Positions 48,604 to 63,600 of a DNA stretch of 64,000 nt are shown here, piece after piece. Origin of the DNA: Squalus acanthias (taxonomy: Eukaryota). Each line of letters opens with the position of its first letter. Positions within the stretch are counted from its first letter, which is position 1. Under the pieces are notes generated by a model. It saw only the letters and a list, made by a program, of their open reading frames with translations, was not told the DNA's origin and did not search any database. The DNA lies in contig JASTWF010000034.1 in NCBI GenBank assembly GCA_030390025.1, forward strand, positions 1,612,001-1,676,000, read 5' to 3'. The position numbers and the translations under genes are program-made.

Positions 48604-51600
48604 GTGTAAAGGGAGCTTTACTCTGTATCTCTCTATCTAACCTGTGCTATACCTGCCCTTGGACTGTTTGATTGGACAGTGTAAAGGGAGCTTACTCTGT
48701 ATCTCTCGATCTAACCGGTGCTATACCTGCCCTTGGACTGTTTGATTGGGACAGTGTAAAGGGAGCTTTACTCTGTATCTCTCGAACTAACCGGTGCTAT
48801 ACCTGCCCTTGGACTGTTTGATTGGGCAGTGTAAAGGGAGCTTTACTCTGTATCTCTCGATCTAACCGGTTCTATACCGGCCCTTGGACTCTTTGATTGG
48901 GCAGTGTAAAGGGAGCTTTACTCTGTATATCTCTATCTCACCCGTGCTATACCTGCCCTTGGACTGTTTGATTGGACAGTGTAAAGGGACCTTTACTCTG
49001 TATCTCTCGATTTAACCGGTGCTATACCTGTCCTTCGACCGTTTGATTGGGCAGTGTAATGGGAGCTTTATTCTGTACCTCTCTATCGAACCGGTGCTAT
49101 ACCTGCCCTTGGACTGTTTGATTGGGCAGTTTAAAGGGAGCTTTACTCTGTATCTCTCGATCTAACCGGTGCTGTACCTGCCCTAGGACTGTTTAATTGG
49201 GCAGTCTAAAGTGAGCTTTACTCTCGATCTAACCCGTGCTGTACCTGCACTTGGACTGTTTGATTGGGCAGTTTAAAGGGAGCTTTACTCTGTATCTCTC
49301 GATCTAACCAGTGCTATACCTGCCCTTGGACTGTTTGACTGGGCAGTGTAAAGGGAGCTTTACTCTGTATCTCTCGATCTAACCGGTGCTGTACCTGCCC
49401 TTGTACTATTTGATTGGGCAGTGTAAAGGGAGCTTTACTCTGTATCTCTCTATCTTACCTGTGCTATACCTGCCCTTGGACTGTTTGATTGGACAGTGTA
49501 AAGGGAGCTTTACTCTGTATCTCTCGATCTAACCGGTGCTATACCTGCCCTTGGACTGTTTGATTGGGCAGTGTAAAGGGAGCTTTACTCTGTATCTCTC
49601 TATCTAACCTGTGCTATACCTGCCCTTGACTGTTTGATTGGGCAGTGTAAAGGGAGCTTTACTCTGTATCTCTCTATCTAACCGGTGCTATACCTGCCCT
49701 TGGACTGTTTGATTGGACAGTGTAAAGGGAGCTTTACTCTGTATCTCTCTCTCTAACCTGTGCTGTACCTGCCCTTGGACTGTTTGATTGGGCAGTGTAA
49801 AGGGAGCTTTACTCTGTATCTCTCGATCTAACCGGTGCTGTACCTGCCCTTGGACTGTTTGATTGGGCAGTGTAAAGGGAGCTTTACTCTGTATCTCTCG
49901 ATCTAACCGGTGCTATACCTGCCCTTGGACTGTTTGATTGGGCAGTGTAAAGGGAGCTTTACTCTGTATCTCTCTCTCTAACCGGTGCTATACCTGCCCT
50001 TGGACTGTTTGATTGGGCAGTGTAAAGGGAGCTTTACTCTGTATCTCTCTATCTCACCGTGCTTTACCTGCCCTTGGACTGTTTGATTGGACAGTGTAAA
50101 GGGAGCTTTACTCTGTATCTCTCGATCTAACCGGTGCTATACCTGCCCTTGGACTGTTTGATTGGGCAGTGTAAAGGGAGCTTTATTCTGTATCTCTCAT
50201 CTAACCGGTGCTATACCTGCCCTTGGACTGTTTGATTGGGCAGTGTAAAGGGAGCTTTACTCTGTATCTCTCGATCTAACCGGTGCTGTACCTGCCCTTG
50301 GACTGTTTGATTGGGCAGTGTAAAGTGAGCTTTACTCTGTATCTCTCTATCTAACCTGTGCTATACCTGCCCTTGGACTGTTTGATTGGACAGTGTAAAG
50401 GGAGCTTACTCTGTATCTCTCGATCTAACCGGTGCTATACCTGCCCTTGGACTGTTTGATTGGACAGTGTAAAGGGAGCTTTACTCTGTATCTCTCGATC
50501 TAACCGGTGCTATACCTGCCCTTGGACTGTTTGATTGGACAGTGTAAAGGGAGCTTTACTCTGTATCTCTCTATCTAAACCGTGCTGTACCTGCCCTTGG
50601 ACTGTTTGATTGGGCAGTGTAAAGGGAGCTTTACTCTGTATCTCTCTATCTAACCCGTGCTATACCTGCCCTTGGACTGTTTGATTGGGCAGTGTAAAGG
50701 GAGCTTTACTCTGTATCTCTCTATCTAACCCGTGCTGTACCTGCCCTTGGACTGTTTGATTGGACAGTTTAAAGGGAGCTTTACTCTGTATCTCTCTCTC
50801 TAACCGTACTGTACCTGCCCTTGGACTGTTTGATTGGGCAGTGTAAAGGGAGCTTTACTCTGTATCTCTCGATCTAACCGTGCTATACCTGCCCTTGGAC
50901 TGTTTGATTGGGCAGTGTAAAGGGAGCTTTACTCTGTATCTCTCGATCTAACCGGTGCTGTACCTGCCCTTGTACTATTTGATTGGGCAGTGTCAAAGGG
51001 AGCTTTACTCTGTATCTCTCGATCTAACCTGTGCTATACCTGCCCTTGGACTGTTTGATTGGGCAGTGTAAAGGGAGCTTTACTCTGTATCTCTCGATCT
51101 AACCGGTGCTATACCTGCCCTTGGACTGTTTGATTGGGCAGTGTAAAGGGAGCTTTACTCTGTATCTCTCTATCTAACCTGTGCTATACCTGCCCTTGAC
51201 TGTTTGATTGGGCAGTGTAAAGGGAGCTTTACTCTGTATCTCTCTATCTAACCGGTGCTATACCTGCCCTTGGACTGTTTGATTGGGCAGTGTAAAGGGA
51301 GCTTTACTCTGTATCTCTCTATCTAACCTGTGCTGTACCTGCCCTTGGACTGTTTGATTGGGCAGTGTAAAGGGAGCTTTACTCTGTATCTCTCGATCTA
51401 ACCGGTGCTGTACCTGCCCTTGGACTGTTTGATTGGGCAGTGTAAAGGGAGCTTTACTCTGTATCTCTCGATCTAACCGGTTCTATACCTGCCCTTGGAC
51501 TGTTTGATTGGGCAGTGTAAAGGGAGCTTTACTCTGTATCTCTCTCTCTAACCGGTTCTATACCTGCCCTTGGACTGTTTGATTGGGCAGTGTAAAGGGA

Positions 51601-54600
51601 GCTTTACTCTGTATCTCTCTATCTCACCGTGCTATACCTGCCCTTGGACTGTTTGATTGGCAGTGTAAAGGGAGCTTTACTCTGTATCTCTCGATCTAAC
51701 CGGTGCTATACCTGCCCTTGGACTGTTTGATTGGGCAGTGTAAAGGGAGCTTTACTCTGTATCTCTCGATCTAACCGGTGCTATACCTGCCCTTGGACTG
51801 TTTGATTGGGCAGTTTAAAGGGAGCTTTACTCTGTATCTCTCGATCTAACCGTGCTGTACCTGCCCTTGGACTGTTTGATTGGGCAGTGTAAAGGGAGCT
51901 TTACTCTGTATCTCTCGATCTAACCGGTGCTGTACCTGCCCTTGTACTATTTGATTGGGCAGTGTAAAGGGAGCTTTACTCTGTATCTCTCTATCTTACC
52001 TGTGCTATACCTGCCCTTGGACTGTTTGATTGGACAGTGTAAAGGGAGCTTTACTCTGTATCTCTCTATCTAACCGTGCTGTACCTGCCCTTGGACTGTT
52101 TGATTGGACAGTGTAAAGGGAGCTTTACTCTGTATCTCTCTATCTAACCCGTGCTATACCTGCCCTTGGACTGTTTGATTGGGCAGTGTAAAGGGAGCTT
52201 TACTCTGTATCTCGCTATCTCACCCGTGCTGTACCTGCCCTTGGACTGTTTGATTGGACAGTTTAAAGGAAGCTTTATTGTGTATCTCTCTCTCTAAGCC
52301 GTACTGTACCTGCCCTTGGACTGTTTGATTGGGCAGTGTAAAGGGAGCTTTACTCTGTATCTCTCTATCTAACCCGTGCTATACCTGCCCTTGGAGTGTT
52401 TGATTGGGCAGTGTAAAGGGAGCTTTACTCTGTATCTCTCTATCTAACCGGTGCTATACCTGCCCTTGGACCGTTTGATTGGACAGTGTAAAGAGAGCTT
52501 TACACTGTATCTCTCTCTCTAACCTGTACTGTACCTGCCCTTGGACTGTTTGATTGGGCAGTGTAAAGGGAGCTTTACTCTGTATCTCTCGATCTAACCG
52601 ATGCTGTACCTGCCCTTGGACTGTTTGATTGGTCAGTGTAAAGGGAGCTTTACTCTGTATCTCTCTATCTAACCGGTGCTATACCTGCCCTTGGACTGTT
52701 TGATTGGATAGTGTAAAGGGAGCTTTACTCTGTATCTCTCTATCTAACCGGTGCTATACCTGCCCTTGGACTGTTTGATTGGACAGTGTAAAGGGAGCTT
52801 TACTCTGTATCTCTCTATCTAACCGGTGCTATACCTGCCCTTGGACTGTTTGATTGGACAGTGTAAAGGGAGCTTTACTCTGTATCTCTCTCACTAACCG
52901 GTTCTATACCTGCCCTTGTACAATTTGATTGGGCAGTGTAAAGGGAGCTTTACTCTGTATCTCTCTATCTCACCCGTGCTATACCTGCCCTTGGACTGTT
53001 TGATTGGACAGTGTAAAGGGAGCTTTACTCTGTATCTCTCGATCTAACCGGTTCTATACCTGCCCTTGGACTGTTTGATTGGGCAGTGTAAAGGGAGCTT
53101 TATTCTGTATCTCTCTATCTAACCGGTGCTATACCTGCCCTTGGACTGTTTGATTGGGCAGTTTAAAGGGAGCTTTACTCTGTATCTCTCGATCTAACCG
53201 GTGCTGTACCTGCCCTTGGACTGTTTAATTGGGCAGTGTAAAGTGAGCTTTACTCTCGATCTAACCCGTGCTGTACCTGCACTTGGACTGTTTGATTGGG
53301 CAGTTTAAAGGGAGCTTTACTCTGTATCTCTCGATCTAACCAGTGCTATACCTGCCCTTGGACTGTTTGACTGGGCAGTGTAAAGGGAGCTTTACTCTGT
53401 ATCTCTCGATCTAACCGGTGCTGTACCTGCCCTTGGACTATTTGATTGGGCAGTGTAAAGGGAGCTTTACTCTGTATCTCTCTATCTAACCTGTGCTATA
53501 CCTGCCCTTGGACTGTTTGATTGGACAGTGTAAAGGGAGCTTACTCTGTATCTCTCGATCTAACCGGTGCTATACCTGCCCTTGGACTGTTTGATTGGAC
53601 AGTGTAAAGGGAGCTTTACTCTGTATCTCTCGATCTAACCGGTGCTATACCTGCCCTTGGACTGTTTGATTGGGCAGTGTAAAGGGAGCTTTACTCTGTA
53701 TCTCTCTATCTAACCGTGCTATACCTGCCCTTGGACTGTTTGATTGGACAGTGTAAAGGGAGCTTTACTCTGTATCTCTCGATCTAACCGGTGCTATACC
53801 TGCCCTTGGACTGTTTGATTGGGCAGTGTAAAGGGAGCTTTACTCTGTATCTCTCTATCTAACCTGTGCTATACCTGCCCTTGGACTGTTTGATTGGGCA
53901 GTGTAAAGGGAGCTTTACTCTGTATCTCTCATCTAACCGGTGCTATACCTGCCCTTGGACTGTTTGATTGGACAGTGTAAAGGAGCTTTACTCTGTATCT
54001 CTCTCTCTAACCTGTACTGTACCTGCCCTTGGACTGTTTGATTGGGCAGTGTAAAGGGAGCTTTACTCTGTATCTCTCGATCTAACCGGTGCTGTACCTG
54101 CCCTTGGACTGTTTGATTGGGCAGTGTAAAGGGAGCTTTACTCTGTATCTCTCGATCTAACCGGTTCTATACCTGCCCTTGGACTGTTTGATTGGGCAGC
54201 GTAAATGGAGCTTTACTCTGTATCTCTCTCTCTAACCGGTGCTCTACCTGCCCTTGCTTGTTTGATTGGGCAGTGTAAAGGGAGCTTTACTCTGTATCTC
54301 TCTATCTCACCCGTGCTTTACCTGCCCTTGGACTGTTTGATTGGACAGTGTAAAGGGAGCTTTACTCTGTATCTCTCGATCTAACCGGTGCTATACCTGC
54401 CCTTCGACTGTTTGATTGGGCAGTGTAAAGGGAGCTTTACTCTGTATCTCTCCATCTAACCGGTGCTATACATGCCCTTGGACTGTTTGATTGGGTGTTT
54501 AAAGTGAGCTTTACTCTGTATCTCTCGATCTAACCGGTGCTGTACCTGCCCTTGTAATATTTGTTTGGGCAGTGTAAAGTGAGCTTTACTCTGTATCTCT

Positions 54601-57600
54601 CTATCTTACCTGTGCTATACCTGCCCTTGGACTGTTTGATTGGACAGTGTAAAGGGAGCTAACTCTGTATCTCCCGATCTAACCGGTGCTATACCTGCCC
54701 TTGGACTGTTTGATTGGACAGTGTAAAGGCAGCTTTACTCTGTATCTCTCGATCTAACCGGTGCTAGACCTGCCCTTGGACTGTTTGATTGGACAGTGTA
54801 AAGGGAGCTTTACTCTGTATCTCTCTATCTAAACCGTGCTGAACCTGCCCTTGGACTGTTTGATTTGGCAGCGCAAAGGGAACTTTACTCTGGATCTCTC
54901 TATCTAACCCGTGCTATACCTGCCCTTGGACTGTTTGATTGGGCAGTGTAAAGGGAGCTTTACTCTGTATCTCTCTGTCTCACCCGTGCTATACCTGCAC
55001 TTGGACTGTTTGATTGGACAGTGTAAAGGGAGCTTTACTCTGTATCTCTCGATCTAACCGGTTCTATACCTGCCCTTGGACTGTTTGATTGGGCAGTGTA
55101 AAGGGAGCTTTAATCTGTATCTCTCTCTCTAACCGGTTCTATACCTGCCCTTGGACTGTTTGATTGGGCAGTGTAAAGGGAGCTTTATTCTGTATCTCTC
55201 TATCTAACCGGTGCTATACCTGCCCTTGGACTGTTTGATTGGGCAGTGTAAAGGGAGCTTTACTCTGTATCTCTCGATCTAACCGGTGCTGTACCTGCCC
55301 TTGGACTGTTTAATTGGGCAGTGTAAAGTGAGCTTTACTCTCGATCTAACCCGTGCTGTACCTGCACTTGCACTGTTTGATTGGGCAGTTTAAAGGGAGC
55401 TTTACTCTGTATCTCTCGATCTAACCAGTGCTATACCTGCTCTTGGACTGTCTGACTGGGCAGTGTAAAGGGAGCTTTACTCTGTATCTCTCGATCTAAC
55501 CGGTGCTGTACCTGCCCTTGCACTATTTGATTGGGCAGTGTAAAGGGAGCTTTACTCTGTATCTCTCTATCTTACCTGTGCTATACCTGCCCTTGGACTG
55601 TTTGATTGGACAGTGTAAAGGGAGCTTACTCTGTATCTCTCGATCTAACCGGTGCTATACCTGCCCTTGGACTGTTTGATTGGACAGTGTAAAGGGAGCT
55701 TTACTCTGTATCTCTCGAACTAACCGGTGCTATACCTGCCCTTGGACTGTTTGATTGGACAGTGTAAAGGGAGCTTTACTCTGTATCTCTCGATCTAACC
55801 GGTTCTATACCTGCCCTTGGACTGTTTGATTGGGCAGTGTAAAGAGAGCTTTACTCTGTATCTCTCTATCTAACCGGTGCTATACCTGCCCTTGTACTGT
55901 TTGATTGGGCAGTGTAAAGGGAGCTTTACTCTGTATCTCTCTATCTAACCCGTGCTATACCTGCCCTTGGACTGTTTGATTGGACAGTGTAAAGGGAGCT
56001 TTACTCTGTATCTCTCGATCTAACCGGTGCTATACCTGCCCTTGGACTGTTTGATTGGGCAGTGTAAAGGGAGCTTTACTCTGTATCTCTCTCTCTAACC
56101 GGTTCTATACCTGCCCTTGGACTGTTTGATTGGGCAGTGTAAAGGGAGCTTTACTCTGTATCTCTCTCTCTAACCTGTGCTGTACCTGCCCTTGGACTGT
56201 TTGATTGGGCAGTGTAAAGGGAGCTTTACTCTGTATCTCACGATCTAACCGGTGCTGTACCTGCCCTTGGACTATTTGATTGGGCAGTGTAAAGGGAGCT
56301 TTACTCTGTATCTCTCTATCTAACCGGTGCTATACCTGCCCTTTGACTGTTTGATTGGATAGTGTAAAGGGAGCTTTACTCTGTATCTCTCTATCTCACC
56401 CGTGCTATACCTGCCCTTGGACTGTTTGATTGGACAGTGTAAAGGGAGCTTTACTCTGTATCTCTCGATCTAACCGGTTCTATACCTGCCCTTGGACTGT
56501 TTGATTGGGCAGTGTAAAGGGAGCTTTACTCTGTATCTCTCTATCTAACCGGTTCTATACCTGCCCTTGGACTGTTTGATTGGGCAGTGTAAAGGGAGCT
56601 TTACTCTGTATCTCTCTATCTCACCCGTGCTATACCTGCCCTTGGACTGTTTGATTGGACAGTGTAAAGGGAGCTTTACTCTGTATCTCTCGATCTAACC
56701 GGTGCTAGACCTGCCCTTCGACTGTTTGATTGGGCAGTGTAAAGGGAGCTTTATTCTGTATCTCTCTATCTAACCGGTGCTATACCTGCCCTTGGACTGT
56801 TTGATTGGGCAGTTTAAAGGGAGCTTTACTCTGTATCTCTCGATCTAACCGGTACTGTACCTGCCCTTGGACTGTTTAATTGGGCAGTCTAAAGTGAGCT
56901 TTACTCTCGATCTAACCCGTGCTGTACCTGCACTTGCACTGTTTGATTGGGCAGTTTAAAGGGAGCTTTACTCTGTATCTCTCGATCTAACCAGTGCTAT
57001 ACCTGCTCTTGGACTGTTTGACTGGGCAGTGTAAAGGGAGCTTTAGTCTGTATCTCTCGATCTAACCGGTGCTGTACCTGCCCTTGTACTATTTGATTGG
57101 GCAGTGTCAAAGGCAGCTTTACTCTGTATCTCTCTATCTTACCTGTGCTATACCTGCCCTTGGACTGTTTGATTGGACAGTGTAAAGGGAGCTAACTCTG
57201 TATCTCTCGATCTAACCTGTGCTATACCTGCCCTTGGACTGTTTGATTGGGCAGTGTAAAGGGAGCTTTACTCTGTATCTCTCTATCTAACCGGTGCTAT
57301 ACCTGCCCTTGGATCGTTTGATTGGACAGTGTAAAGAGAGCTTTACACTGTATCTCTCTATCTAACCTGTGCTGTACCTGCCCTTGGACTGTTTGATTGG
57401 GCAGTGTAAAGGGAGCTTTACTCTGTATCTCTCGATCTAACCGGTGCTGTACCTGCCCTTGGACTGTTTGATTGGGCAGTGTAAAGGGAGCTTTACTCTG
57501 TATCTCTCGATCTAACCGGTTCTATACCTGCCCTTGGACTGTTTGATTGGGCAGTGTAAAGGGAGCTTTACTCTGTATCTCTCTCTCTAACCGTTCTATA

Positions 57601-60600
57601 CCTGCCCTTGGACTGTTTGATTGGGCAGTGTAAAGGGAGCTTTACTCTGTATCTCTCGATCTAACCGGTGCTATACCTGCCCTTGGACTGTTTGATTGGG
57701 CAGTGTAAAGGGAGCTTTACTCTGTATCTCTCTATCTAACCGGTGCTATACCTGCCCTTGGACTGTTTGATTGGGCAGTGTAAAGGGAGCTTTACTCTGT
57801 ATCTCTCGATCTAACCGGTGCTATACCTGCCCTTGGACTGTTTGATTGGGCAGTGTAAAGGGAGCTTTACTCTGTATCTCTCTCTCTAACCGGTTCTATA
57901 CCTGCCCTTGGACTGTTTGATTGGGCAGTGTAAAGGGAGCTTTACTCTGTATATCTCTATCTCACCCGTGCTATACATGCCCTTGGACTGTTTGATTGGA
58001 CAGTGTAAAGGGACCTTTACTCTGTATCTCTCGATTTAACCGGTGCTAGACCTGTCCTTCGACTGTTTGATTGGGCAGTGTAATGGGAGCTTTATTCTGT
58101 ATCTCTCTATCTAACCGGTGCTATACCTGCCCTTGGACTGTTTGATTGGGCAGTTTAAAGGGAGCTTTACTCTGTATCTCTCGATCTAACCGCTACTGTA
58201 CCTGCCCTTGGACTGTTTAATTGGGCAGTCTAAAGTGAGCTTTACTCTCGATCTAACCCGTGCTGTACCTGCACTTGCACTGTTTGATTGGGCAATTTAA
58301 AGGGAGCTTTACTCTGTATCTCTCGATCTAACCAGTGCTATACCTGCTCTTGGACTGTTTGACTGGGCAGTGTAAAGGGAGCTTTACTCTGTATCTCTCG
58401 ATCTAACCGGTGCTGTACCTGCCCTTGGACTGTTTGATTGGGCAGTGTAAAGGGAGCTTTACTCTGTATCTCTCTATCTAACCTGTGCTATACCTGCCCT
58501 TGGACTGTTTGATTGGACAGTGTAAAGGGAGCTTTACTCTGTATCTCTCGATCTAACCGGTGCTATACCTGCCCTTGGACTGTTTGATTGGGCAGTGTAA
58601 AGGGAGCTTTACTCTGTATCTCTCTATCTAACCGGTGCTATACCTGCCCTTGGACTGTTTGATTGGGCAGTGTAAAGGAGCTTTACTCTGTATCTCTCTA
58701 TCTAACCTGTGCTGTACCTGCCCTTGGACTGTTTGATTGGGCAGTGTAAAGGGAGCTTTACTCTGTATCTCTCTATCTAACCGGTGCTGTACCTGCCCTT
58801 GGACTGTTTGATTGGGCAGTGTAAAGGGAGCTTTACTCTGTATCTCTCGATCTAACCGGTTCTATACCTGCCCTTGGACTGTTTGATTGGGCAGTGTAAA
58901 GGGAGCTTTACTCTGTATCTCTCTATCTAACCGGTGCTATACCTGCCCTTGGACTGTTTGATTGGGCAGTGTAAAGGGAGCTTTACTCTGTATCTCTCGA
59001 TCTAACCGGTGCTATACCTGCCCTTGGACTGTTTGATTGGGCAGTGTAAAGGGAGCTTTACTCTGTATCTCTCTATCTAACCGGTGCTATACCTGCCCTT
59101 GGACTGTTTGATTGGGACAGTGTAAAGGGAGCTTTACTCTGTATCTCTCGATCTAACCGGTGCTATACCTGCCCTTGGACTGTTTGATTGGGCAGTGTAA
59201 AGGGAGCTTTACTCTGTATCTCTCTATCTAACCGTGCTGTACCTGCCCTTGGACTGTTTGATTGGGCAGTGTAAAGGGAGCTTTACTCTGTATCTCTCTA
59301 TCTAACCGTGCTATACCTGCCCTTGGACTGTTTGATTGGGCAGTGTAAAGGGAGCTTTACTCTGTATCTCTCTATCTCACCCGTGCTGTACCTGCCCTTG
59401 GACTGTTTGATTGGACAGTTTAAAGGAGCTTTATTCTGTATCTCTCTCTCTAAGCCGTACTGTACCTGCCCTTGGACTGTTTGATTGGGCAGTTTAAAGG
59501 GAGCTTTACTCTGTATCTCTCGATCTAACCAGTGCTATACCTGCCCTTGGACTGTTTGATTGGGCAGTGTAAAGGGAGCTTTACTCTGTATCTCTCGATC
59601 TAACCGGTGCTGTACCTGCCCTTGGACTATTTGATTGGGCAGTGTAAAGGGAGCTTTACTCTGTATCTCTCTGTCTTACCTGTGCTATACCTGCCCTTGG
59701 ACTGTTTGATTGGACAGTGTAAAGGGAGCTTTACTCTGTATCTCTCGATCTAACCGGTGCTATACCTGCCCTTGGACTGTTTGATTGGGCAGTGCAAAGG
59801 GAGCTTTACTCTGTATCTCTCTATCTAACCTGTGCTATACCTGCCCTTGCACTGTTTGATTGGGCAGTGTAAAGGGAGCTTTACTCTGTATCTCTCGATC
59901 TAACCGGTGCTATACCTGCCCTTGGACTGTTTGATTGGACAGTGTAAAGGGAGCTTTACTCTGTATCTCTCTCTCTAACCTGTGCTGTACCTGCCCTTGG
60001 ACTGTTTGATTGGCAGTGTAAAGGGAGCTTTACTCTGTATCTCTCGATCTAACCGGTGCTGTACCTGCCCTTGGACTGTTTGATTGGGCAGTGTAAAGGG
60101 AGCTTTACTCTGTATCTCTCGATCTAACCGGTGCTATACCTGCCCTTGGACTGTTTGATTGGGCAGTGTAAAGGGAGCTTTACTCTGTATCTCTCTATCT
60201 AACCGGTGCTATACCTGCCCTTGGACTGTTTGATTGGGCAGTGTAAAGGGAGCTTTACTCTGTATCTCTCTATCTCACCCGTGCTATACCTGCCCTTGGA
60301 CTGTTTGATTGGACAGTGTAAAGGGAGCTTTACTCTGTATCTCTCGATCTAACCGGTGCTATACCTGCCCTTCGACTGTTTGATTGGGCAGTGTAAAGGG
60401 AGCTTTATTCTGTATCTCTCCATCTAACCGGTGCTATACATGCCCTTGGACTGTTTGATTGGTTGTTTAAAGTGAGCTTTACTCTGTATCTCTCGATCTA
60501 ACCGGTGCTGTACCTGCCCTTGGACTGTTTAATTGGGCTGTGTAAAGTGAGCTTTACTCTGTATCTCTCGATCTAACCGGTGCTGTACCTGCCCTTGTAA

Positions 60601-63600
60601 TATTTGATTGGGCAGTGTAAAGGGAGCTTTTCTCTGTATCTCTCTATCTTACCTGTGCTATACCTGCCCTTGGACTGTTTGATTGGACCGTGTAAAGGGA
60701 GCTTTACTCTGTATCTCGCTATCTCAACCGTGCTGTACCTGCCCTTGGACTGTTTGATTTGGCAGCGCAAAGGGAACTTTACTCCGTATCTCTCTATCTA
60801 ACCCGTGCTATACCTGCCCTTGGACTGTTAGATTGGGCAGTGTAAAGGGAGCTTTACTCTGTATCTCGCTATCTCACCCGTGCTGTACCTGCCCTTGGAC
60901 TGTTTGATTGGACAGTTTAAAGGAAGCTTTATTGTGTATCTCTCTCTCTAAGCCGTACTGTACCTGCCCTTGGACTGTTTGATTGGGCAGTGTAAAGGGA
61001 GCTTTACTCTGTATCTCTCTATCTAACCGGTGCTATACCTGCCCTTGGAGTGTTTGATTGGGCAGTGTAAAGGGAGCTTTACTCTGTATCTCTCTATCTA
61101 ACCGGTGCTATACCTGCCCTTGGACCGTTTGATTGGACAGTGTAAAGAGAGCTTTACACTGTATCTCTCTCTCTAACCTGTACTGTACCTGCCCTTGGAC
61201 TGTTTGATTGGGCAGTGTAAAGGGAGCTTTACTCTGTATCTCTCGATCTAACCGATGCTGTACCTGCCCTTGGACTGTTTGATTGGTCAGTGTAAAGGGA
61301 GCTTTACTCTGTATCTCTCTATCTAACCGGTGCTATACCTGCCCTTGGACTGTTTGATTGGATAGTGTAAAGGGAGCTTTACTCTGTATCTCTCTATCTA
61401 ACCGGTGCTATACCTGCCCTTGACTGTTTGATTGGACAGTGTAAAGGGAGCTTTACTCTGTATCTCTCTATCTAACCGGTGCTATACCTGCCCTTGGACT
61501 GTTTGATTGGACAGTGTAAAGAGAGCTTTACTCTGTATCTCTCTCACTAACCGGTTCTATACCTGCCCTTGGACTATTTGATTGGGCAGTGTAAAGGGAG
61601 CTTTACTCTGTATCTCTCTATCTCACCCGTGCTATACCTGCCCTTGGACTGTTTGATTGGACAGTGTAAAGGGAGCTTTACTCTGTATCTCTCGATCTAA
61701 CCGGTTCTATACCTGCCCTTGGACTGTTTGATTGGGCAGTGTAAAGGTAGCTTTATTCTGTATCTCTCTATCTAACCGGTGCTATACCTGCCCTTGGACT
61801 GTTTGATTGGGCAGTTTAAAGGGAGCTTTACTCTGTATCTCTCGATCTAACCGGTGCTGTACCTGCCCTTGGACTGTTTGATTGGGCAGTGTAAAGGGAG
61901 CTTTACTCTGTATCTCTCGATCTAACCGGTTCTATACCTGCCCTTGGACTGTTTGATTGGGCAGTGTAAAGGTAGCTTTATTCTGTATCTCTCTATCTAA
62001 CCGGTGCTATACCTGCCCTTGGACTGTTTGATTGGGCAGTGTAAAGGGAGCTTTACTCTGTATCTCTCTATCTCACCCGTGCTATGCCTGCCCTTGGACT
62101 GTTTGATTGGGCAGTTTAAAGGGAGCTTTACTCTGTATCTCTCGATCTAACCGGTGCTGTACCTGCCCTTGGACTGTTTAATTGGGCAGTGTAAAGTGAG
62201 CTTTACTCTCGATCTAACCCGTGCTGTACCTGCACTTGCACCGTTTGATTGGGCAGTTTAAAGGGAGCTTTACTCTGTATCTCTCGATCTAACCAGTGCT
62301 ATACCTGCTCTTGGACTGTCTGACTGGGCAGTGTAAAGGGAGCTTTACTCTGTATCTCTCGATCTAACCGGTGCTGTACATGCCCTTGCACTATTTGATT
62401 GGGCAGTGTAAAGGGAGCTTTACTCTGTATCTCTCTATCTTACCTGTGCTATACCTGCCCTTGGACTGTTTGATTGGACAGTGTAAAGGGAGCTAACTCT
62501 GTATCTCTCGATCTAACCGGTGCTATACCTGCCCTTGGACTGTTTGATTGGACAGTGTAAAGGGAGCTTTACTCTGTATCTCTCGAACTAACCGGTGCTA
62601 TACCTGCCCTTGGACTGTTTGACTGGGCAGTGCAAAGGGAGCTTTACTCTGTATCTCTCGATCTAACCGGTTCTATACCTGCCCTTGGACTCTTTGATTG
62701 GGCAGTGTAAAGGGAGCTTTACTCTGTAAATCTCTATCTCACCCGTGCTATACCTGCCCTTGGACTGTTTGATTGGACAGTGTAAAGGGAGCTTTACTCT
62801 GTATCTCTCGATCTAACCGGTGCTATACCTGCCCTTCGACTGTTTGATTGGGCAGTGTAATGGGAGCTTTATTCTGTACCTCTCTTTCGAACCGGTGCTA
62901 TATCTGCCCTTGGACTGTTTGATTGTGCAGTTTAAAGGGAGCTTTACTCTGTATCTCTCGATCTAACCGGTGCTGTACCTGCCCTTGAACTGTTTAATTG
63001 AGCAGTCTAAAGTGAGCTTTACTCTCGATCTAACCCGTGCTGTACCTGCACTTGGACTGTTTGATTGGGCAGTTTAAAGGGAGCTTTACTCTGTATCTCT
63101 CGATCTAACCAGTGCTATACCTGCCCTTGGACTGTTTGACTGGGCAGTGTAAAGGGAGCACTACTCTGTATCTCTCGATCTAACCGGTGCTGTACCTTCC
63201 CTTGTACTATTTGATTGGGCAGTGTCAAAGGGAGCTTTACTCTGTATCTCTCTGTCTTACCTGTGCTATACCTGCCCTTGGACTGTTTGATTGGACAGTG
63301 TAAAGGGAGCTTTACTCTGTATCTTTCGATCTGACCGGTGCTATACCTGCCCTTGGACTGTTTGATTGGGCAGTGCAAAGGGAGCTTTACTCTGTATCTC
63401 TCTATCTAACCTGTGCTATACCTGCCCTTGCACTGTTTGATTGGGCAGTGTAAAGGGAGCTTTATTGTGTATCTCTCCATCTAACCGGTGCTATACCTGC
63501 CCTTGGATCGTTTGATTGGACAGTGTAAAGAGAGCTTTACACTGTATCTCTCTCTCTCTAACCTGTACTGTACCTGCCCTTGGACTGTTTGATTGGGCAG

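Noticed and set aside
48088..48671. ORFs of 173 and 191 aa
   Set aside because: Artefacts of translating the N gap.
60573..63378. Short repetitive ORFs in the satellite
   Set aside because: Chance stop-free runs of a 75-bp unit.
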